Notes: generated by a model from the letters alone, not told the origin. Counted from the stretch's first letter, positions 37,347 to 49,400 are shown. The stretch is 64,000 nucleotides of DNA from Bacteroidales bacterium (GCA_017464245.1 JAFUDV010000062.1:2546-66545), one strand, 5' to 3'. Made by a program: numbers and translations.

Positions 37347-39836
37347 TCAAAGATAGCGCCCGGTGAGGCTTTCGGGGCAGGCGGCAACCTCCGCCGGGGT
37401 GCCGGAAGCGACGACGCGTCCGCCCTGCAGGCCGCCGCCGGGGCCCATGTCCACGATCCAGTCGGCGCTCCGGATGACGTCCAGGTCGTGCTCGATGACG
37501 ATGACGGTGGCGCCGAGGCCGATCAGGTGACGGAACACGCCGAGAAGGGTCTGCACGTCCAGGGGGTGGAGGCCGATGGTGGGCTCGTCGAAGACGAACA
37601 CCGTGTCGGCCTGGCCGCGGCCCATCTCGCTGGCGAGCTTGAGCCGCTGCGCCTCGCCGCCGGACAGGCTGGGGGTAGCTTCGCCAAGGGTCAGGTAGCC
37701 CAGCCCCAGGTCGTGGAGGACTTGCAGGCGGCTCCGCACGAGCGACAAGTCGTCGCATTCCGCCAGCGCCTCATCGACCGACAGATCCATCAGTTCCGGC
37801 AAGGAACAGGCCTTGTTCTTCCGGTGGATGCGGAAGGCGTCGCGGGCGTAGCGCGAGCCGTGGCAGTCCGGGCAGGGAATGTCCACGTCGGGCAGGAACT
37901 GCACGTCCAGGCTGATGGAACCTGTTCCGTCACAGGTGGGACACCGGAGGTTGCCGGTGTTGTAGGAGAAGTCGCCGGCCTTGAATCCCCGCGCCTTTGC
38001 CTCCTCGCTCCGCGCATAGACCTTCCGGAGTTCGTCGTGGACGTTGCTGTAGGTCGCGACCGTGGACCGGACGTTGATGCCGATAGGCGTCGCGTCGATG
38101 AGCTTGACCTGTCCGATCCCCTCCGCCTGGACCTCCAGCACGTGTGCAGGCAGCCGTTTTCCGGCGATTTGCGCCTGAAGTCCGGGGATCAGGCTCTCCA
38201 GTACCATCGTCGTCTTTCCCGAGCCGGAAACGCCCGTTACGACGCTCAGGCGCCCCTTCGGGAACACCACCTCCAGCGGCTTCACCGTATGGATCGCCCC
38301 TGTCCGCATCCGGATCGCCCTATGGGCAAAAACCTCCTTTTCCGTTCCGATGCCCTCCTCTGTCATTCCGGGCGAAGCGAAGGAATCTCCCCTCGCTCCC
38401 AGGAATTTCCCGATCCTCGATCCGGGGTTCTTCCGGATGTCTTCCACCGTTCCTTCCGCGATGACGTTTCCGCCCTTGGCACCCGCCTCCGGGCCCAGTT
38501 CGATGATCCAGTCGGCATGGGAGAGGACCTGCGTGTCGTGGTCCACCAGCACGACGGAGTTGCCGTCGGCCACGAGGTCGTCCATCACCCCGGCCAGTCC
38601 CTCCAGATTAGAGGGATGCAGGCCGATGGAGGGCTCGTCCAGGACATACAGCACGCCCGTCGTGCGGTTCCGCACCGACCGGGCCAGCTGCACCCGCTGG
38701 CGCTCGCCCGTGGACAGGGTGGAGGCGGCGCGGTCCAGCGACAGGTAGGAAAGGCCCAGGTCCACCAGCCGCTTGGCCGTGTCCTGGAAAGACTCGCAGA
38801 TGCGCTCGGCCATCGGCCGCAGGGGCTCCGGCAGGGAGGCCGGGACGCCATCGACCCATCCGATGAGTTCGGACAGGGTCATCCGGCAGGCTTCGGCGAG
38901 GGAAATCCCCCGCAGCCGCGGCGCGCGGGCCGCTTCGGAAAGGCGCGAACCCCCGCAATCCGGGCAGGGATCTTCCTGCAGGAACTTCTCCACCCGCTTC
39001 ATGCCCGTCTCGTCCTTGACCTTAGAGAGGGCGTTTTCCACGCTGTACACGGCGCAGTAGTAGGTGAAATCCATCTCCGCGAAGCCGTTCGTCTTCTCGT
39101 TCTTGTAGATGATATGGCGCTTTTCGGCGGGGCCGTGATAGACGATCTCCTTTTCCTCGGGGGTGAGGTCCTTGAATGGGACGTCGGTCCGGACGCCCAT
39201 CTCCCGGGCGATGTCCTTCATCAGGGACCACATCAGCGTTCCCCAGGGCAGGACGGCCCCTTCGTCGATGGTCAGGTTCTCGTTCGGGACCAGGGTGGAT
39301 TCGTCCACGGTCCGCACGATGCCCGTTCCTCCGCAGGTGCGGCAGGCGCCCTGGCTGTTGAACGCAAGTTCTTCGGCACCAGGCGCATAGAAATGGGCGC
39401 CGCACACGGGGCACACCAGTTCCTGCTCCGCGGCGACGGAGAGCGTGGGTTCCAGGTAATGCCCGTTGGGACAGCGGTGGCTGGCGAGGCGGGAGAACAT
39501 CAGCCGGAGGCTGTTCAGCAGTTCCGACATCGTCCCGAACGTGCTCCGGATGCCCGGCACGCCCGGCCGCTGGTGCAGGGCCAGGGCCGCCGGCACGTAG
39601 CGCACGTCATCGACCTGCGCCCGCGCCGCCTGCGTCATCCGCCGTCGCGTATAGGTGGACAGCGACTCCAGGTATCGCCGCGACCCTTCCGCGTACAGCA
39701 CCCCCAGGGCCAGCGAACTCTTCCCCGAGCCCGACACGCCCGCGATCCCCACGATCTTCCCGAGGGGAATGTCCACGTCGATATTCTTCAGGTTGTGCGC
39801 CCGTGCTCCGCGCACCTCGATACAGTTCTTTTTCAT
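37347..39836 (-). CDS. uvrA: UvrA-family ABC ATPase (short, class II/UvrA2-like)
   Basis: GARAHNLKN, two GVSGSGK Walker A motifs, LSTGERQR / LSGGEAQR, zinc-finger CxxC pairs; ~830 aa. Confidence 0.88.
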   Translation of the reverse strand: MKKNCIEVRGARAHNLKNIDVDIPLGKIVGIAGVSGSGKSSLALGVLYAEGSRRYLESLSTYTRRRMTQAARAQVDDVRYVPAALALHQRPGVPGIRSTFGTMSELLNSLRLMFSRLASHRCPNGHYLEPTLSVAAEQELVCPVCGAHFYAPGAEELAFNSQGACRTCGGTGIVRTVDESTLVPNENLTIDEGAVLPWGTLMWSLMKDIAREMGVRTDVPFKDLTPEEKEIVYHGPAEKRHIIYKNEKTNGFAEMDFTYYCAVYSVENALSKVKDETGMKRVEKFLQEDPCPDCGGSRLSEAARAPRLRGISLAEACRMTLSELIGWVDGVPASLPEPLRPMAERICESFQDTAKRLVDLGLSYLSLDRAASTLSTGERQRVQLARSVRNRTTGVLYVLDEPSIGLHPSNLEGLAGVMDDLVADGNSVVLVDHDTQVLSHADWIIELGPEAGAKGGNVIAEGTVEDIRKNPGSRIGKFLGARGDSFASPGMTEEGIGTEKEVFAHRAIRMRTGAIHTVKPLEVVFPKGRLSVVTGVSGSGKTTMVLESLIPGLQAQIAGKRLPAHVLEVQAEGIGQVKLIDATPIGINVRSTVATYSNVHDELRKVYARSEEAKARGFKAGDFSYNTGNLRCPTCDGTGSISLDVQFLPDVDIPCPDCHGSRYARDAFRIHRKNKACSLPELMDLSVDEALAECDDLSLVRSRLQVLHDLGLGYLTLGEATPSLSGGEAQRLKLASEMGRGQADTVFVFDEPTIGLHPLDVQTLLGVFRHLIGLGATVIVIEHDLDVIRSADWIVDMGPGGGLQGGRVVASGTPAEVAACPESLTGRYL
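38364..38387 (+). repeat. Short palindromic repeat inside the uvrA CDS
   Basis: CATTCCGGGCGAAGCGAAGGAATC; 23/24 identical to the reverse complement of 55272-55295. Confidence 0.75.
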
Positions 39837-39890
39837 AGCTCCTGCAAAGGTACGCATTCGTCAGCTTGTTTTCAAGGCGGCCGGAAAAAC

Positions 39891-40676
39891 CTACCGGAAC
39901 GCTTTTCGGGCGACCATCCAGGCCAAGGCGGCGACGGCGAGGGATTCGGCGAAGAGGACGGTCTCGACGGTCGCCATGCCCGCGGACTTGGAAAGGATGA
40001 CGGCCTGGGCGTCCACGGTCGCGTGCAGGAGGATGGCCGCCGGGAAGAGCCAGAGCCACTTGCCGCCTTTGCGGACAGCCGCCCATACGAGGACGGACAG
40101 TCCCAGATGGAGGAGGAGGGCCGACGCCCGTTCCCACAGGCCATACAGGAAGGTCCCCGGAGCGGAGTCCGTCAGGGTGGATACGACTTGCCGGACCTGT
40201 GCCTGTGCCTCATCGGGCGTCTGGGAAAGGACCGTGTCCATCTGACCGGTCTTCATCAGCACCGCCATGGAAAGGAGGGAAATCATGGAGAAACCGAAGA
40301 TCAGGATCATCTCCGCCCCGCCGTGGCCGATGCCGTAAGCGACGCCCGGCAGGACGTTTGAGGGTTCCTTCTTCAGGAGGAACTTCATGGCGAGAAACCG
40401 GCCGGTTTCCTCGAAGAGCCCCGCCATCAGACCGCCGTACAGCGCGTAGTACCAGAGATTTCCCTGAATGGCAGCTCCATGCGGCCCCTTCAGGACCACC
40501 TGATGCACCAGCGCCTCCAGCACCAGGGCGAAAACGGCGAACGTCGCCGCGCCGATGAGGATCGTGGACCATTTCGCGTGGTACTTCCGTACCAGCCACC
40601 AGGCCAGGGCGACGGGAACGGCGAACCCCAGGACGAGGTTCAGGACAAGGATGAGGATGGAGGCGGTGGGAACCAT
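39891..40676 (-). CDS. YhfC/PrsW-like intramembrane metalloprotease
   Basis: Multi-TM; AGLFEETGR, YGIGHGGAE, ER..A..H, AILLHA..D. Confidence 0.85.
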   Translation of the reverse strand: MVPTASILILVLNLVLGFAVPVALAWWLVRKYHAKWSTILIGAATFAVFALVLEALVHQVVLKGPHGAAIQGNLWYYALYGGLMAGLFEETGRFLAMKFLLKKEPSNVLPGVAYGIGHGGAEMILIFGFSMISLLSMAVLMKTGQMDTVLSQTPDEAQAQVRQVVSTLTDSAPGTFLYGLWERASALLLHLGLSVLVWAAVRKGGKWLWLFPAAILLHATVDAQAVILSKSAGMATVETVLFAESLAVAALAWMVARKAFR

Positions 40677-40791
40677 GGCTTTCCAATCAAATGTTTCTGG
40701 ACAAAGATAACGATATATATTGAAAAACAATAAAAAATTAAGAAACCTGACAAATAACCGCTATCTTTGCACTCCCAAATCGACAACAGCC

Positions 40792-41508
40792 ATGAGAAAG
40801 ATTGAACTGGACATCCATACCCATACCATTGCTTCCGGACATGCCTACAGCACGCTGTCGGAGATGATTGCCGAGGGACAGCGGAAAGGGCTGTCCATCC
40901 TGGGCATCACCGAGCATGGGGAAGCCATCCCTGGCACCTGCCACCGGCTCTATTTCAGGAACATGCATGTCATTCCCCGCCAGTGGGGCGACCTGCGCCT
41001 GCTGCTGGGTGCGGAGCTCAACATCCTGGACACGAAGGGAACCCTGGACATGGACGAGGAGACCTGGAGGCGGCTGGACATCCGGATCGCCGGCATCCAC
41101 CGGCTGTGCTGGACGGGCGGGACCGTGGAGGAGAACACGGCGGGCATGGTCGCGGCCATCCGGAACCCGTGGACCCATATCATCTCCCATCCCGGCGACG
41201 GCACGGCGGAACTGTTGTACGAGCCCATCGTCCTGGCCGCGAAGGAGACGCATACCCTCCTGGAAATCAACAATTCCACTTTCCGTCCCATGCGCAACTT
41301 CCCGAATGCGCGGACCAACAACCTGGAAATCCTCCGGCTGTGCAAACAGTATGACGTTCCGGTGATCCTGGGCAGCGACGCGCACTTCGCCCCGGACATT
41401 GCGAACTATGGATACCTGTACCCGCTCCTCGCCGAGGCCGAATTCCCCGACGGACTGATCGTCAATTACGATCCCGAGCGCTTCCTGACTTATCTGGGGC
41501 TTCAATAG
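40792..41508 (+). CDS. PHP-domain phosphatase (YcdX-like)
   Basis: DIHTHTIASGHAYST, ITEHG, IISHP, LEINN, LGSDAH. Confidence 0.9.
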   Translation: MRKIELDIHTHTIASGHAYSTLSEMIAEGQRKGLSILGITEHGEAIPGTCHRLYFRNMHVIPRQWGDLRLLLGAELNILDTKGTLDMDEETWRRLDIRIAGIHRLCWTGGTVEENTAGMVAAIRNPWTHIISHPGDGTAELLYEPIVLAAKETHTLLEINNSTFRPMRNFPNARTNNLEILRLCKQYDVPVILGSDAHFAPDIANYGYLYPLLAEAEFPDGLIVNYDPERFLTYLGLQ

Positions 41509-44176
41509 GAACCTCGTCCTTCTCGCGGTCCTTTTCCGCCTGACGGGCGGCCTTTTCCGCCTGACGGGCGGCCTTCTTTTCGGCCTTCGCGCGCTCCTGC
41601 TCCAGATACTTCTCGAAGAGCTTGCGCTCCTTCTGGGCTTTCTTCTCCAGTTTCCGGAGAGCCTTGAGTTTGCGCTTTCGTTCTTTCTCGAGCTTCTTCC
41701 GGGCCTTGGCGGCCTGTTTTTCCTCGTACTTCTTGTCCTTCTCGGCCCACTTGGCTTCGCGTTCGGCCTGTTTCTCGGCGGCGATACGGGCTTTTTCCTC
41801 CTCTTTCAGGCGTTTCTCCTCGGCCTTCCGGGCCTTCTCTTCCGCTTTCCGGGCCTTTTCCATTTCCGCCTTCTGGGAAAGCGGGTCCAGGTTGTCGGCC
41901 GGTTCTTCCACTTCCGGAACGTCGTTCTCCCCGGCTACCTCCTCCAAGGTTTCTTCCTTCGGGACGGCCTGTTTTTCCGCGGCCAGGGAATCCTTCACGG
42001 CATCAAACGGGGAGGCCGCCAGCGAGTCCAGCGCCGGAGTCACGCCCAGCGAGTCCAGCATCGGCTCCGTCCCCAGGGAATCCAGTGCCACCCGCAGCGA
42101 ATCGTCCGCGGCGGACAGCGGCTTTTCCGCTGTCACGGCGGCCGGCTTTTCCTTGGGTTGACGGGCCTTCACGACCTCCATGGAATCCCGATAGGCGATG
42201 TCCTTGTAAATCTTGTTGATATGCCCCGGGAAGTAGACGTTCGTCTCCTTGAACTGGGCATGCGGCCGGGCCAGGTAGGAAGTGCGCTGGCTCGGGCGGA
42301 CCGTCAGCGGCGTGATGTCGCGCGGCCCGCGGGGCCGCCGCTCCGGGTCCCACCGGAACCCCTTCATGTACCGCTCGTCCTTGGGCAGCTGCACGACCGG
42401 ATAGGCGTCGTTCTTGGCGTTGTCAAAGTAGTAGATCTTGTCCAGGTTCCCCTTGTCAAAGAGGGCGTACAGCATCTTGGATTCCACCTTGTTCACGGTG
42501 GCGAGGGCGTCGTTCTCCGTCAGGAAGAACAGGGCCGTGGCCCCGCCCAGGGCGTCGAACCGGCGGAGTGTCCGGGTGCTGTCGAAGTAGGCCATCATCT
42601 CCGTTCCCTTGATCTGGTCGTAGCAGAGGGTGTCCTCCTGGGTGGTGATGAAGGCGTTGGACATGAGCCGCGCACGGTCGGCTTTCCGGTCCTTGATGAC
42701 CACATAGATGCTGTCGGCGGCGTACTGCCGGTTCCCCTCGTTGAAGACGAGCGGATCCTTGTAGAGCCGGACGAGGGAATCCAGATCATTGTAAGCCAGA
42801 GAGTCGCAGTCCATCTGCATGTCCTCCCGGAAGAGTCTCACCCGGCTGTTGGCCCAGATGAACGAGATCTGCGACGTGTCCGCGGGCGCTGCGGCGGCCG
42901 TGGAATCGACGGGGGCGGCATCCTTCTGTCCCGGCGCATCCGGCGCGCCCTCCTTCTTCTCCGGCGCGCCTTCCGATTTCTCCGGAGCCCCGTCTTTCTT
43001 ATCGGGCGCTCCGCCCTTGTTCCCGGCCTTCGCTCCCTCCGGTCCCAGGTCGCGCCCCTGGGCGTTCGGGTCGTTCTTCGCCGCTTCTGCGGCGGCCTTG
43101 GCGGCCTCTTCGGCCGCTTTCCGGCGGTATTCCGTCACGGGATCGCCCTTGAGGTCCTTGAGCCGCTTGTCGGCATCGACCTTCCACAGGGAGTCCACGA
43201 GGTGGCGCTTGATGCCCCGGTACACGATCGTGTCGGCCCCGAACCAGACCGTGTCCTGCCTGGACTTGCCCTCCTCCTCGGAGATGCTCATCACGGCCGG
43301 GGTCCGGGTCATCCGCACGCGGGAAAGGGTGTCGGTGTATTCCAGCCGGCCCGCCAGGGCGAAGACGTTCCGCGTCGTGTCCATCAGTTCCACCTGTCCC
43401 AGCATCTCCACGTCGTTCACGGCACGGTGGTAGTAGAGGGTGTCCGACCAGGTTTCCTGGTCTTTCGTGAGGAGGTGGACGTTGCGCCGGAAGAAGAACA
43501 GTTCCTTGTCGCGGTCGTACCAGCCGTCGTTGGCGGAGAGCATGTTGTCGTCCTGCCACATGTCCGTCCCGTAGCCGAAGTACGCCGTGTTGATGTCGCT
43601 GCGGTACTCCAGGCGGGAGGTCTTCACGAAGGTCGTGTCCATGTACATGTTCACCTGGTCGTTGAACACGAAAAGCCGGGCCTTGGAGTCGTAGGAGCCG
43701 TACAGGCTCTCGATGATCTGCCCGTCCTTGTCGCGCATGGACGCCCCGTTCTGGAAGATGGCGACGGAGTCCTTGGTGTTGTAGTCCAGGTACCGGGTCC
43801 TCAGGGTGTTCTTGTCCTTGTCCTCGAGCTGGACGAGGCCGCCCCGGAACTTCGCCAGGTCGTCGTCCACCACATACTGGAGGGAGCCCGAGGTGAGCCG
43901 GGTACGGTCCTGGATGATCTGCACGTGGCCCACGGCGTCGATGATGTTGGTCGTGACATTCCACAGGGCCGTGTCGCAGAGGAGGTAGGTGTCGTTGTGC
44001 AGGAAGCGGGCCGGGCCCACGACCTTCCGGAAGCTCTGCCCGTTCTTCTCGATGAGCTGGGCCGATTTCGCGCTGACGAGGGTCACCAGCGAATCCTTCT
44101 TCTCCTGGCCGGATACCGGCATCGACACCGCCCACAGGGACAGTGCCGCCAGGAAATATGGAAGGAGCCGGCGCAC
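41462..44176 (-). CDS. OstA/LptA-like beta-jellyroll protein with low-complexity insertions and a charged C-terminal tail
   Basis: Signal peptide; LLCDTA, DAVGHV, CDSLAY, GFRW; surA-cluster context. Confidence 0.8.
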   Translation of the reverse strand: MRRLLPYFLAALSLWAVSMPVSGQEKKDSLVTLVSAKSAQLIEKNGQSFRKVVGPARFLHNDTYLLCDTALWNVTTNIIDAVGHVQIIQDRTRLTSGSLQYVVDDDLAKFRGGLVQLEDKDKNTLRTRYLDYNTKDSVAIFQNGASMRDKDGQIIESLYGSYDSKARLFVFNDQVNMYMDTTFVKTSRLEYRSDINTAYFGYGTDMWQDDNMLSANDGWYDRDKELFFFRRNVHLLTKDQETWSDTLYYHRAVNDVEMLGQVELMDTTRNVFALAGRLEYTDTLSRVRMTRTPAVMSISEEEGKSRQDTVWFGADTIVYRGIKRHLVDSLWKVDADKRLKDLKGDPVTEYRRKAAEEAAKAAAEAAKNDPNAQGRDLGPEGAKAGNKGGAPDKKDGAPEKSEGAPEKKEGAPDAPGQKDAAPVDSTAAAAPADTSQISFIWANSRVRLFREDMQMDCDSLAYNDLDSLVRLYKDPLVFNEGNRQYAADSIYVVIKDRKADRARLMSNAFITTQEDTLCYDQIKGTEMMAYFDSTRTLRRFDALGGATALFFLTENDALATVNKVESKMLYALFDKGNLDKIYYFDNAKNDAYPVVQLPKDERYMKGFRWDPERRPRGPRDITPLTVRPSQRTSYLARPHAQFKETNVYFPGHINKIYKDIAYRDSMEVVKARQPKEKPAAVTAEKPLSAADDSLRVALDSLGTEPMLDSLGVTPALDSLAASPFDAVKDSLAAEKQAVPKEETLEEVAGENDVPEVEEPADNLDPLSQKAEMEKARKAEEKARKAEEKRLKEEEKARIAAEKQAEREAKWAEKDKKYEEKQAAKARKKLEKERKRKLKALRKLEKKAQKERKLFEKYLEQERAKAEKKAARQAEKAARQAEKDREKDEVPIEAPDKSGSARDRN

Positions 44177-44177
44177 G

Positions 44178-45557
44178 CTACTGGAACTTGGTCTGCCAGA
44201 CTTCGCGGTTGAAGGCGCACTCCTTGTACATCGGGTCGATGACGATGTACGTGTCCTTGATCTTCTTCTCCAGGAATTCGTCGATGGCCTTCATCTGCCG
44301 CTGGTTGCGGACGCGGTCCTGGAGTTCGGTATAGTCGTTCGTGAAGGAGGCGGGGTGGGCGGGGATGATCTTGTCCACCTTGATGATCTTATAGACGGTG
44401 TTGCCCTGGCGTCCCTGCTGGGCGCCCTCGTTGTCGGTGGATTCCACGGGTTCGGAAATCTCCCCTTCCTTGAGGTCCTTGATGGCGGCGTAGTCCGCCG
44501 GCTTGAGGTTGTCGATCTCGAAGTAGGACGAGCCCGTGCCGGGATCCGCCATCTGGCCGCCGTTGGTGCGGGTGGCCGGGTCCTCGGAGAAGAAACGGGC
44601 CGCGAGCGGGAACTTGATTTCGTCCTCGAGGACCTTCGTCCGCAGGCTGTCCAGGCGGGAGAACGCCTTTTCGCGGTCCTCCGCGGTGTACTGGGGCTTG
44701 AGGAGGATGTGGCGGGCGTTGAACATGTCGCCCTTCTTCTCGATCACCTCGATGATGTGGAAGCCGTCCGGGGTCTCCACGATCTGGGAGATGGTGCCCG
44801 GGCGCAGGGCCATCGCGGCGTCGGAGAAAGCCGGCCAGAAGATGGACTTGGACGCCATGCCCAGCTCGCCGCCCTTGCGGGCACTGCCGGGATCCTCGGA
44901 ATAGATGCGGGCGAGGGTGGCGAACTTCTCGCCGTTGATCACGCGCTCCCGCAGGGACAGGAGGCGCTCCTTCACGGCCAGGTTGGCCGCTTCCCGGTCG
45001 GGATAGATGCAGATCTGGCTCAGCTGGTACTTGATGGGCACGACCGGCAGGTCTTCCACGGAGACGGTGTCCAGGAACTGCTGGACGTCATAGGGGGTGA
45101 TCTCCGGGATGGCCTGGGCGATGGTGGCCTGCTCCTGCTGGGTCAGGCTCATGTCCTCGAACATCTGGCGCCATTCCTGGCGGAGCCGGTACAGGGGCTT
45201 GCCGAAGTACTTTTCCAGCTCCTCGTCGCCGCCCAGCATGGTGCGGGCATTGTCGATGCGGTTGGACAGCTCGCCTTCCACCATGTCGCTGTTCACGGTC
45301 AGGGAGTCGATGCGGGCCTGCATCAGGAAGATCTTGGATTCCATCATGCTTTCCAGGATGCTACAGCGCATGTCCCGGTCGGAGGACCGGCCTTGTATGC
45401 GCATCTGCTGCACTTCGCTCTCGATGTCGGAAATCAGAATCACCTCGTTGCCCACGACGGCGACGGTCTTGTCCACCAGGCCGCCCTGGTACTTCTGGGC
45501 GGAAAGGGCCGTGCACGCGAGCAGGGCCGCCGAGAGGACGATCACTCTAAGCTTCAT
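44178..45557 (-). CDS. surA: SurA-like peptidylprolyl isomerase
   Basis: VDKTVAVVG, FATLARIYSEDPGSARKGGELG, second parvulin domain. Confidence 0.88.
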   Translation of the reverse strand: MKLRVIVLSAALLACTALSAQKYQGGLVDKTVAVVGNEVILISDIESEVQQMRIQGRSSDRDMRCSILESMMESKIFLMQARIDSLTVNSDMVEGELSNRIDNARTMLGGDEELEKYFGKPLYRLRQEWRQMFEDMSLTQQEQATIAQAIPEITPYDVQQFLDTVSVEDLPVVPIKYQLSQICIYPDREAANLAVKERLLSLRERVINGEKFATLARIYSEDPGSARKGGELGMASKSIFWPAFSDAAMALRPGTISQIVETPDGFHIIEVIEKKGDMFNARHILLKPQYTAEDREKAFSRLDSLRTKVLEDEIKFPLAARFFSEDPATRTNGGQMADPGTGSSYFEIDNLKPADYAAIKDLKEGEISEPVESTDNEGAQQGRQGNTVYKIIKVDKIIPAHPASFTNDYTELQDRVRNQRQMKAIDEFLEKKIKDTYIVIDPMYKECAFNREVWQTKFQ

Positions 45558-45558
45558 A

Positions 45559-46419
45559 TCAATAAAACACAAATTTTTCCTTGTTCCGGGCGTCTTCCAG
45601 CAAGTCCCGTTCCAAACCGGACACCAAATCGTGCTTGCGGGCGCTCAGGATGATGTCCCGGATGCGGTCGGCGCAGTACTCCAGCGGCGCCGGCTTCCCC
45701 TTGGGGGCGAGGTCCACGACATAGGCCACCCGGAGGTTGCCGTCGTCCCCCTTGAACTCGATGAACTTGTTTTTCAGGGACTTCATCATGGACTCCTCGT
45801 CCGTTCCCAGTTCGCGCGCCAGCAGGAGGGCGTCCATCCAGTTGTCGGAACTGTCCGCATAGCGGAGGGCGGCGGTAAAAGCGAGGCTGTCGGCTGCGAG
45901 GGCGTCCATCGCCTCGTCCGAGCCCATGAGTTCCTTGATGGTCCGGAGGCTCCGGGAATCGGACGGGATGACCATCCAGCGCGTCTTCAGGAGCGGACGG
46001 TCCAGGGTGAAGCGGTCGGCATGGGCCTCATAGTAGGCGCGCACCTCCGCATCGGAGATGAGGGTGTCCAGCCGCTCGTTGATGTAACGCTCCTCGTAGC
46101 GGTATTTCAGGAGCGTGCGGCGGTATTCCTCCAGCTCCCGGTCCACGTTCTTCTCCTCCTTGGAAAGCTGCGCCTCGGCCATGTCCAGGAACAGGAGCTC
46201 CTCCGCCCACGAGTGGATGTACTGCTGGGCGAGGGCCAGGCTGTCCTCGGACGAGGCGCCCGCGGGAATGTACCCGGCGAGCTCCGACCGGAACAGTTTG
46301 TGGTCGCCCACGCGCGCTACGACCTCGTCGCCGAACAGTTCGGCCGCCGTGTCGGAGACCCGGTGGACCAGCTGGCAGGACGAAACCGCGAGCAGCACAA
46401 GCAGCAAACCCTTTTTCAT
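45559..46419 (-). CDS. Lipoprotein, PPIase-like (surA operon)
   Basis: Lipobox VSSC; VARVG..L, YIHSW, IRDIILSARK. Confidence 0.72.
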   Translation of the reverse strand: MKKGLLLVLLAVSSCQLVHRVSDTAAELFGDEVVARVGDHKLFRSELAGYIPAGASSEDSLALAQQYIHSWAEELLFLDMAEAQLSKEEKNVDRELEEYRRTLLKYRYEERYINERLDTLISDAEVRAYYEAHADRFTLDRPLLKTRWMVIPSDSRSLRTIKELMGSDEAMDALAADSLAFTAALRYADSSDNWMDALLLARELGTDEESMMKSLKNKFIEFKGDDGNLRVAYVVDLAPKGKPAPLEYCADRIRDIILSARKHDLVSGLERDLLEDARNKEKFVFY

Positions 46420-46444
46420 AACCTGCAAATATAGGAAATATTTC

Positions 46445-49400
46445 CTACATGTCGAAACTGAAGACCATCCCGATGCTGTAGGGCTTGCGGCCGTCGGTCG
46501 CGAGGGTGGAGAAATACGGGCCGCCGAGCCAGGAGGCGGAGACGCCCACCGAGCAGGGGAAGGGGACCCAGAGGAAATTGGCGAGTTCCACCGTGAGGTC
46601 CGCGCCGACGCTCACCAGGGAGGAGGCCGTGGCGGATCCTTTTCCGTTCCGGGCACCGCCGAAGGTGGTCCAGTCCGCGTGCGGGACCAGGAGGAAATGG
46701 GAGATGTAGGCGACGGGGGACAGCCAGGAGATGTCGCCGGCGTAGATGGGGATGGCATAATCGGCCGTCAGGCGCAGCGCACGGGCCGATTTCCGGGCGA
46801 TGGCCGTCCCGTCGGCGGCCGTGAATCCGCGCGGGACGACGGATACGCCATTCTCGCCGAAAGGAGCGCCGGAAGGCAGCTGCTGCGTGCCGATGGCCGA
46901 CAGGCGGCACCCCTGGGTGCGGGTCAGGCCCGGCAGGTAGCCGTACAGGTAGCCGTAACAGGACGGGGAATAGATATCCGCGAGTCCGGGCCGGACGATG
47001 GCGCCGGTTTCCGCGCCGACGCCCCAGCGGGGATACACCTGGCTGTCGGCGGCGGGAAGCATCCAATAGCCGCGGAGGGAGCCCCGGAGCGCCTGCATCA
47101 GGACGGCCTTTCCCGGTTCGAAGCCGAGGTAGGCCGCATGGTCGGTATTCTTGACCAGGTCATCCACCATCTTCAGGTAGGTGGTGCCGGTGTCGAAGAG
47201 GTTGTTCGTGATGGTCCAGCTCACCTGCGGGATGAGCCCGCGCTGGATGCCGTCCTTGTGGAACCGGAAGGGGACATAGGCCGACAGCTTGCCCGACCAG
47301 ACGACCTGGTCCAGGTTCCGCCGGAGGATGGCGTAGCCCGTATGGTCGTCGTAGGTCCGGTCCTGGAAGGAGTACTGCACACCGCCCTTGTCATACAGGT
47401 CGAAGGAGGCTTCCAGGACGGGATAGAGTCCCGAATGGGTGAACTGCAGGTGCCCGCCGTGCCGCCATTCTCCCGCGCGGTCCGGATCCGGATGCACAGA
47501 GTAACCGACGGTCCCCCAGGTGGTTCCGAGTTCGTTCTGGAACAGGCCGATGACTCCGGGCGACGCCGTGTCATAGCTCAGGTCGCCGCTCAGGGACTCG
47601 ATGAGGTCGTAGCTGAACCACAGGGGAGCCCAGGAGTGGAATTTCATCCAGTGGAGCGGCTTGACATAGCGCCGGGGCCCGCTGACGGCCGGCGCCTCCG
47701 CTTTCCGGGTTCCGGAGGCCGCGAGAAGGGTCTGCTCCTGGGCGGAGAGGGTTTCCGCCACCCGGTCCCTGTGGACATTGCGGATGTCCACCTCCACCGG
47801 CTCCGGCGCCCGGGCCTTGAAGATGGCCGTCCCTTGCGGGGTCATGGACCGGAACCATAGTTCCCCGTTGTCGCTCCAGGAGAAGTCGTTGGCCCCATAA
47901 CGGGTGTTGGAGAGCTGCCACGCCCTGCCGGTTTCCGGGTCGTAACGGTACAGTTCCTTGACGCCGTTGCGGTCGCTGACCAGCTCCAGCATGTCGCCGC
48001 CGTCCAGGTTCTCCATCATCTGCGCGCTGGGCTCCAGCACGCAGGTCCACCCGCCGTCCCGGAGCCGCCAGATCCCGAAACCGCGGTCGTCCACGCCCAG
48101 GCAGCACACGTCGTCGCCCATCCAGGCCGATTCCGTGAGCTGTACGCCTTCCGGCGCCGGTATGCGGCGGAGGACGGAGCCGTCCTTCCCGCTGACGATC
48201 AGGAGATTGCTTCCACCCTCCACCGGGTATTCCACCACGGCGAGAACCCCGTCGGGTCCGGGCTGCGGGTTGTACATCCTTCCCTTGGCGGTCAGGTCAT
48301 GCCGTTTCTTTCCCTCCAGGTCCATCCAGCGGAGGACGGATTCCCCGTCCAGGGTCCACCGCATGCCGGGCAGCGTCTCGGACCACCAGATGCGGTCCTC
48401 GCCCGCATAGAAGGAACTGGCGCTGCCGGAAAAGGGGCCCAGGTCGCGTTCCGTCCCGTCCGGATCCAGGCGGATGAGCCGGGGCGAAGTGGTCTTTCCC
48501 TCCTTGATGCAGAAATACTTCCCGTCGATCCAGGAACCGTCGGTGTAATCCGTGGCGAAAGCGGGGTTCCGGGTGACTTGCTCCATGGGCATGAAGGGGC
48601 CCCGGGCTTCGGCCTCCTCCGCCCAGATGTCGCGGAACCCTTCCTGGATGTCCCGGAAGGTCTTCTTGAAGGACTTGCCGGAAATGCTCCGGACGTAGCC
48701 CTGCAACGGGGTGACGGGGAAGGGTTTCCGCGTCACGTAGTCGAAGTATCCGGCCGTGAAGTCCGGCCGGCCGTGGAAGTACCGCATGCCCGCGACGGTC
48801 ATGTAGCCCACGGTATAGTAGTCGGGGGCGGCGTGCTTGTAGGAGCCGTACACCCACTTGTACCAGTCGCGCCAGTCGCCGTTGTCGAAGGCGACGTGGC
48901 AGTAATTCAGGAAATCGCCGCTGCGGCCGCGTCCGGAGGCGGTCAGGGCGGTCTCCGCGACGACGGCGTCGCCCTCCAGGAAAGCCGGCGGGGTGAACAG
49001 GGCGGAGACGGCGCCGGGCCACATCTCGCCCACCAGGAAGTTCACCCAGCGGAACGGCCGGCGGTAGGCCAGCTGCATCTGGGCGACGTGGCGGGACTCG
49101 TGGACCGTGAGCTGTGTCATCCAGGACTGGGGCAGGGACCCGTACGGTTCCGGATGGGTGTACAGGTCCATGCGCTTGGGCGCCCAGGCGACGGATCCGT
49201 TGGAATAGGGGTGGTACGGATGGAGGACGACGGGCATCCGCCCCCACTGGAGGCTGCCGGGGGCCATGCCGGCACTCGTGCCCACGGCCGGCTGCCACCT
49301 CTCCAGGTCCAGGACATAGGCCCGGGCCAGGGAGTCCATCCCCGCCGGATAGACGATCCGGTAATGTTCCGTGCCCATGGTGGACCACCGGCCGAACGGG

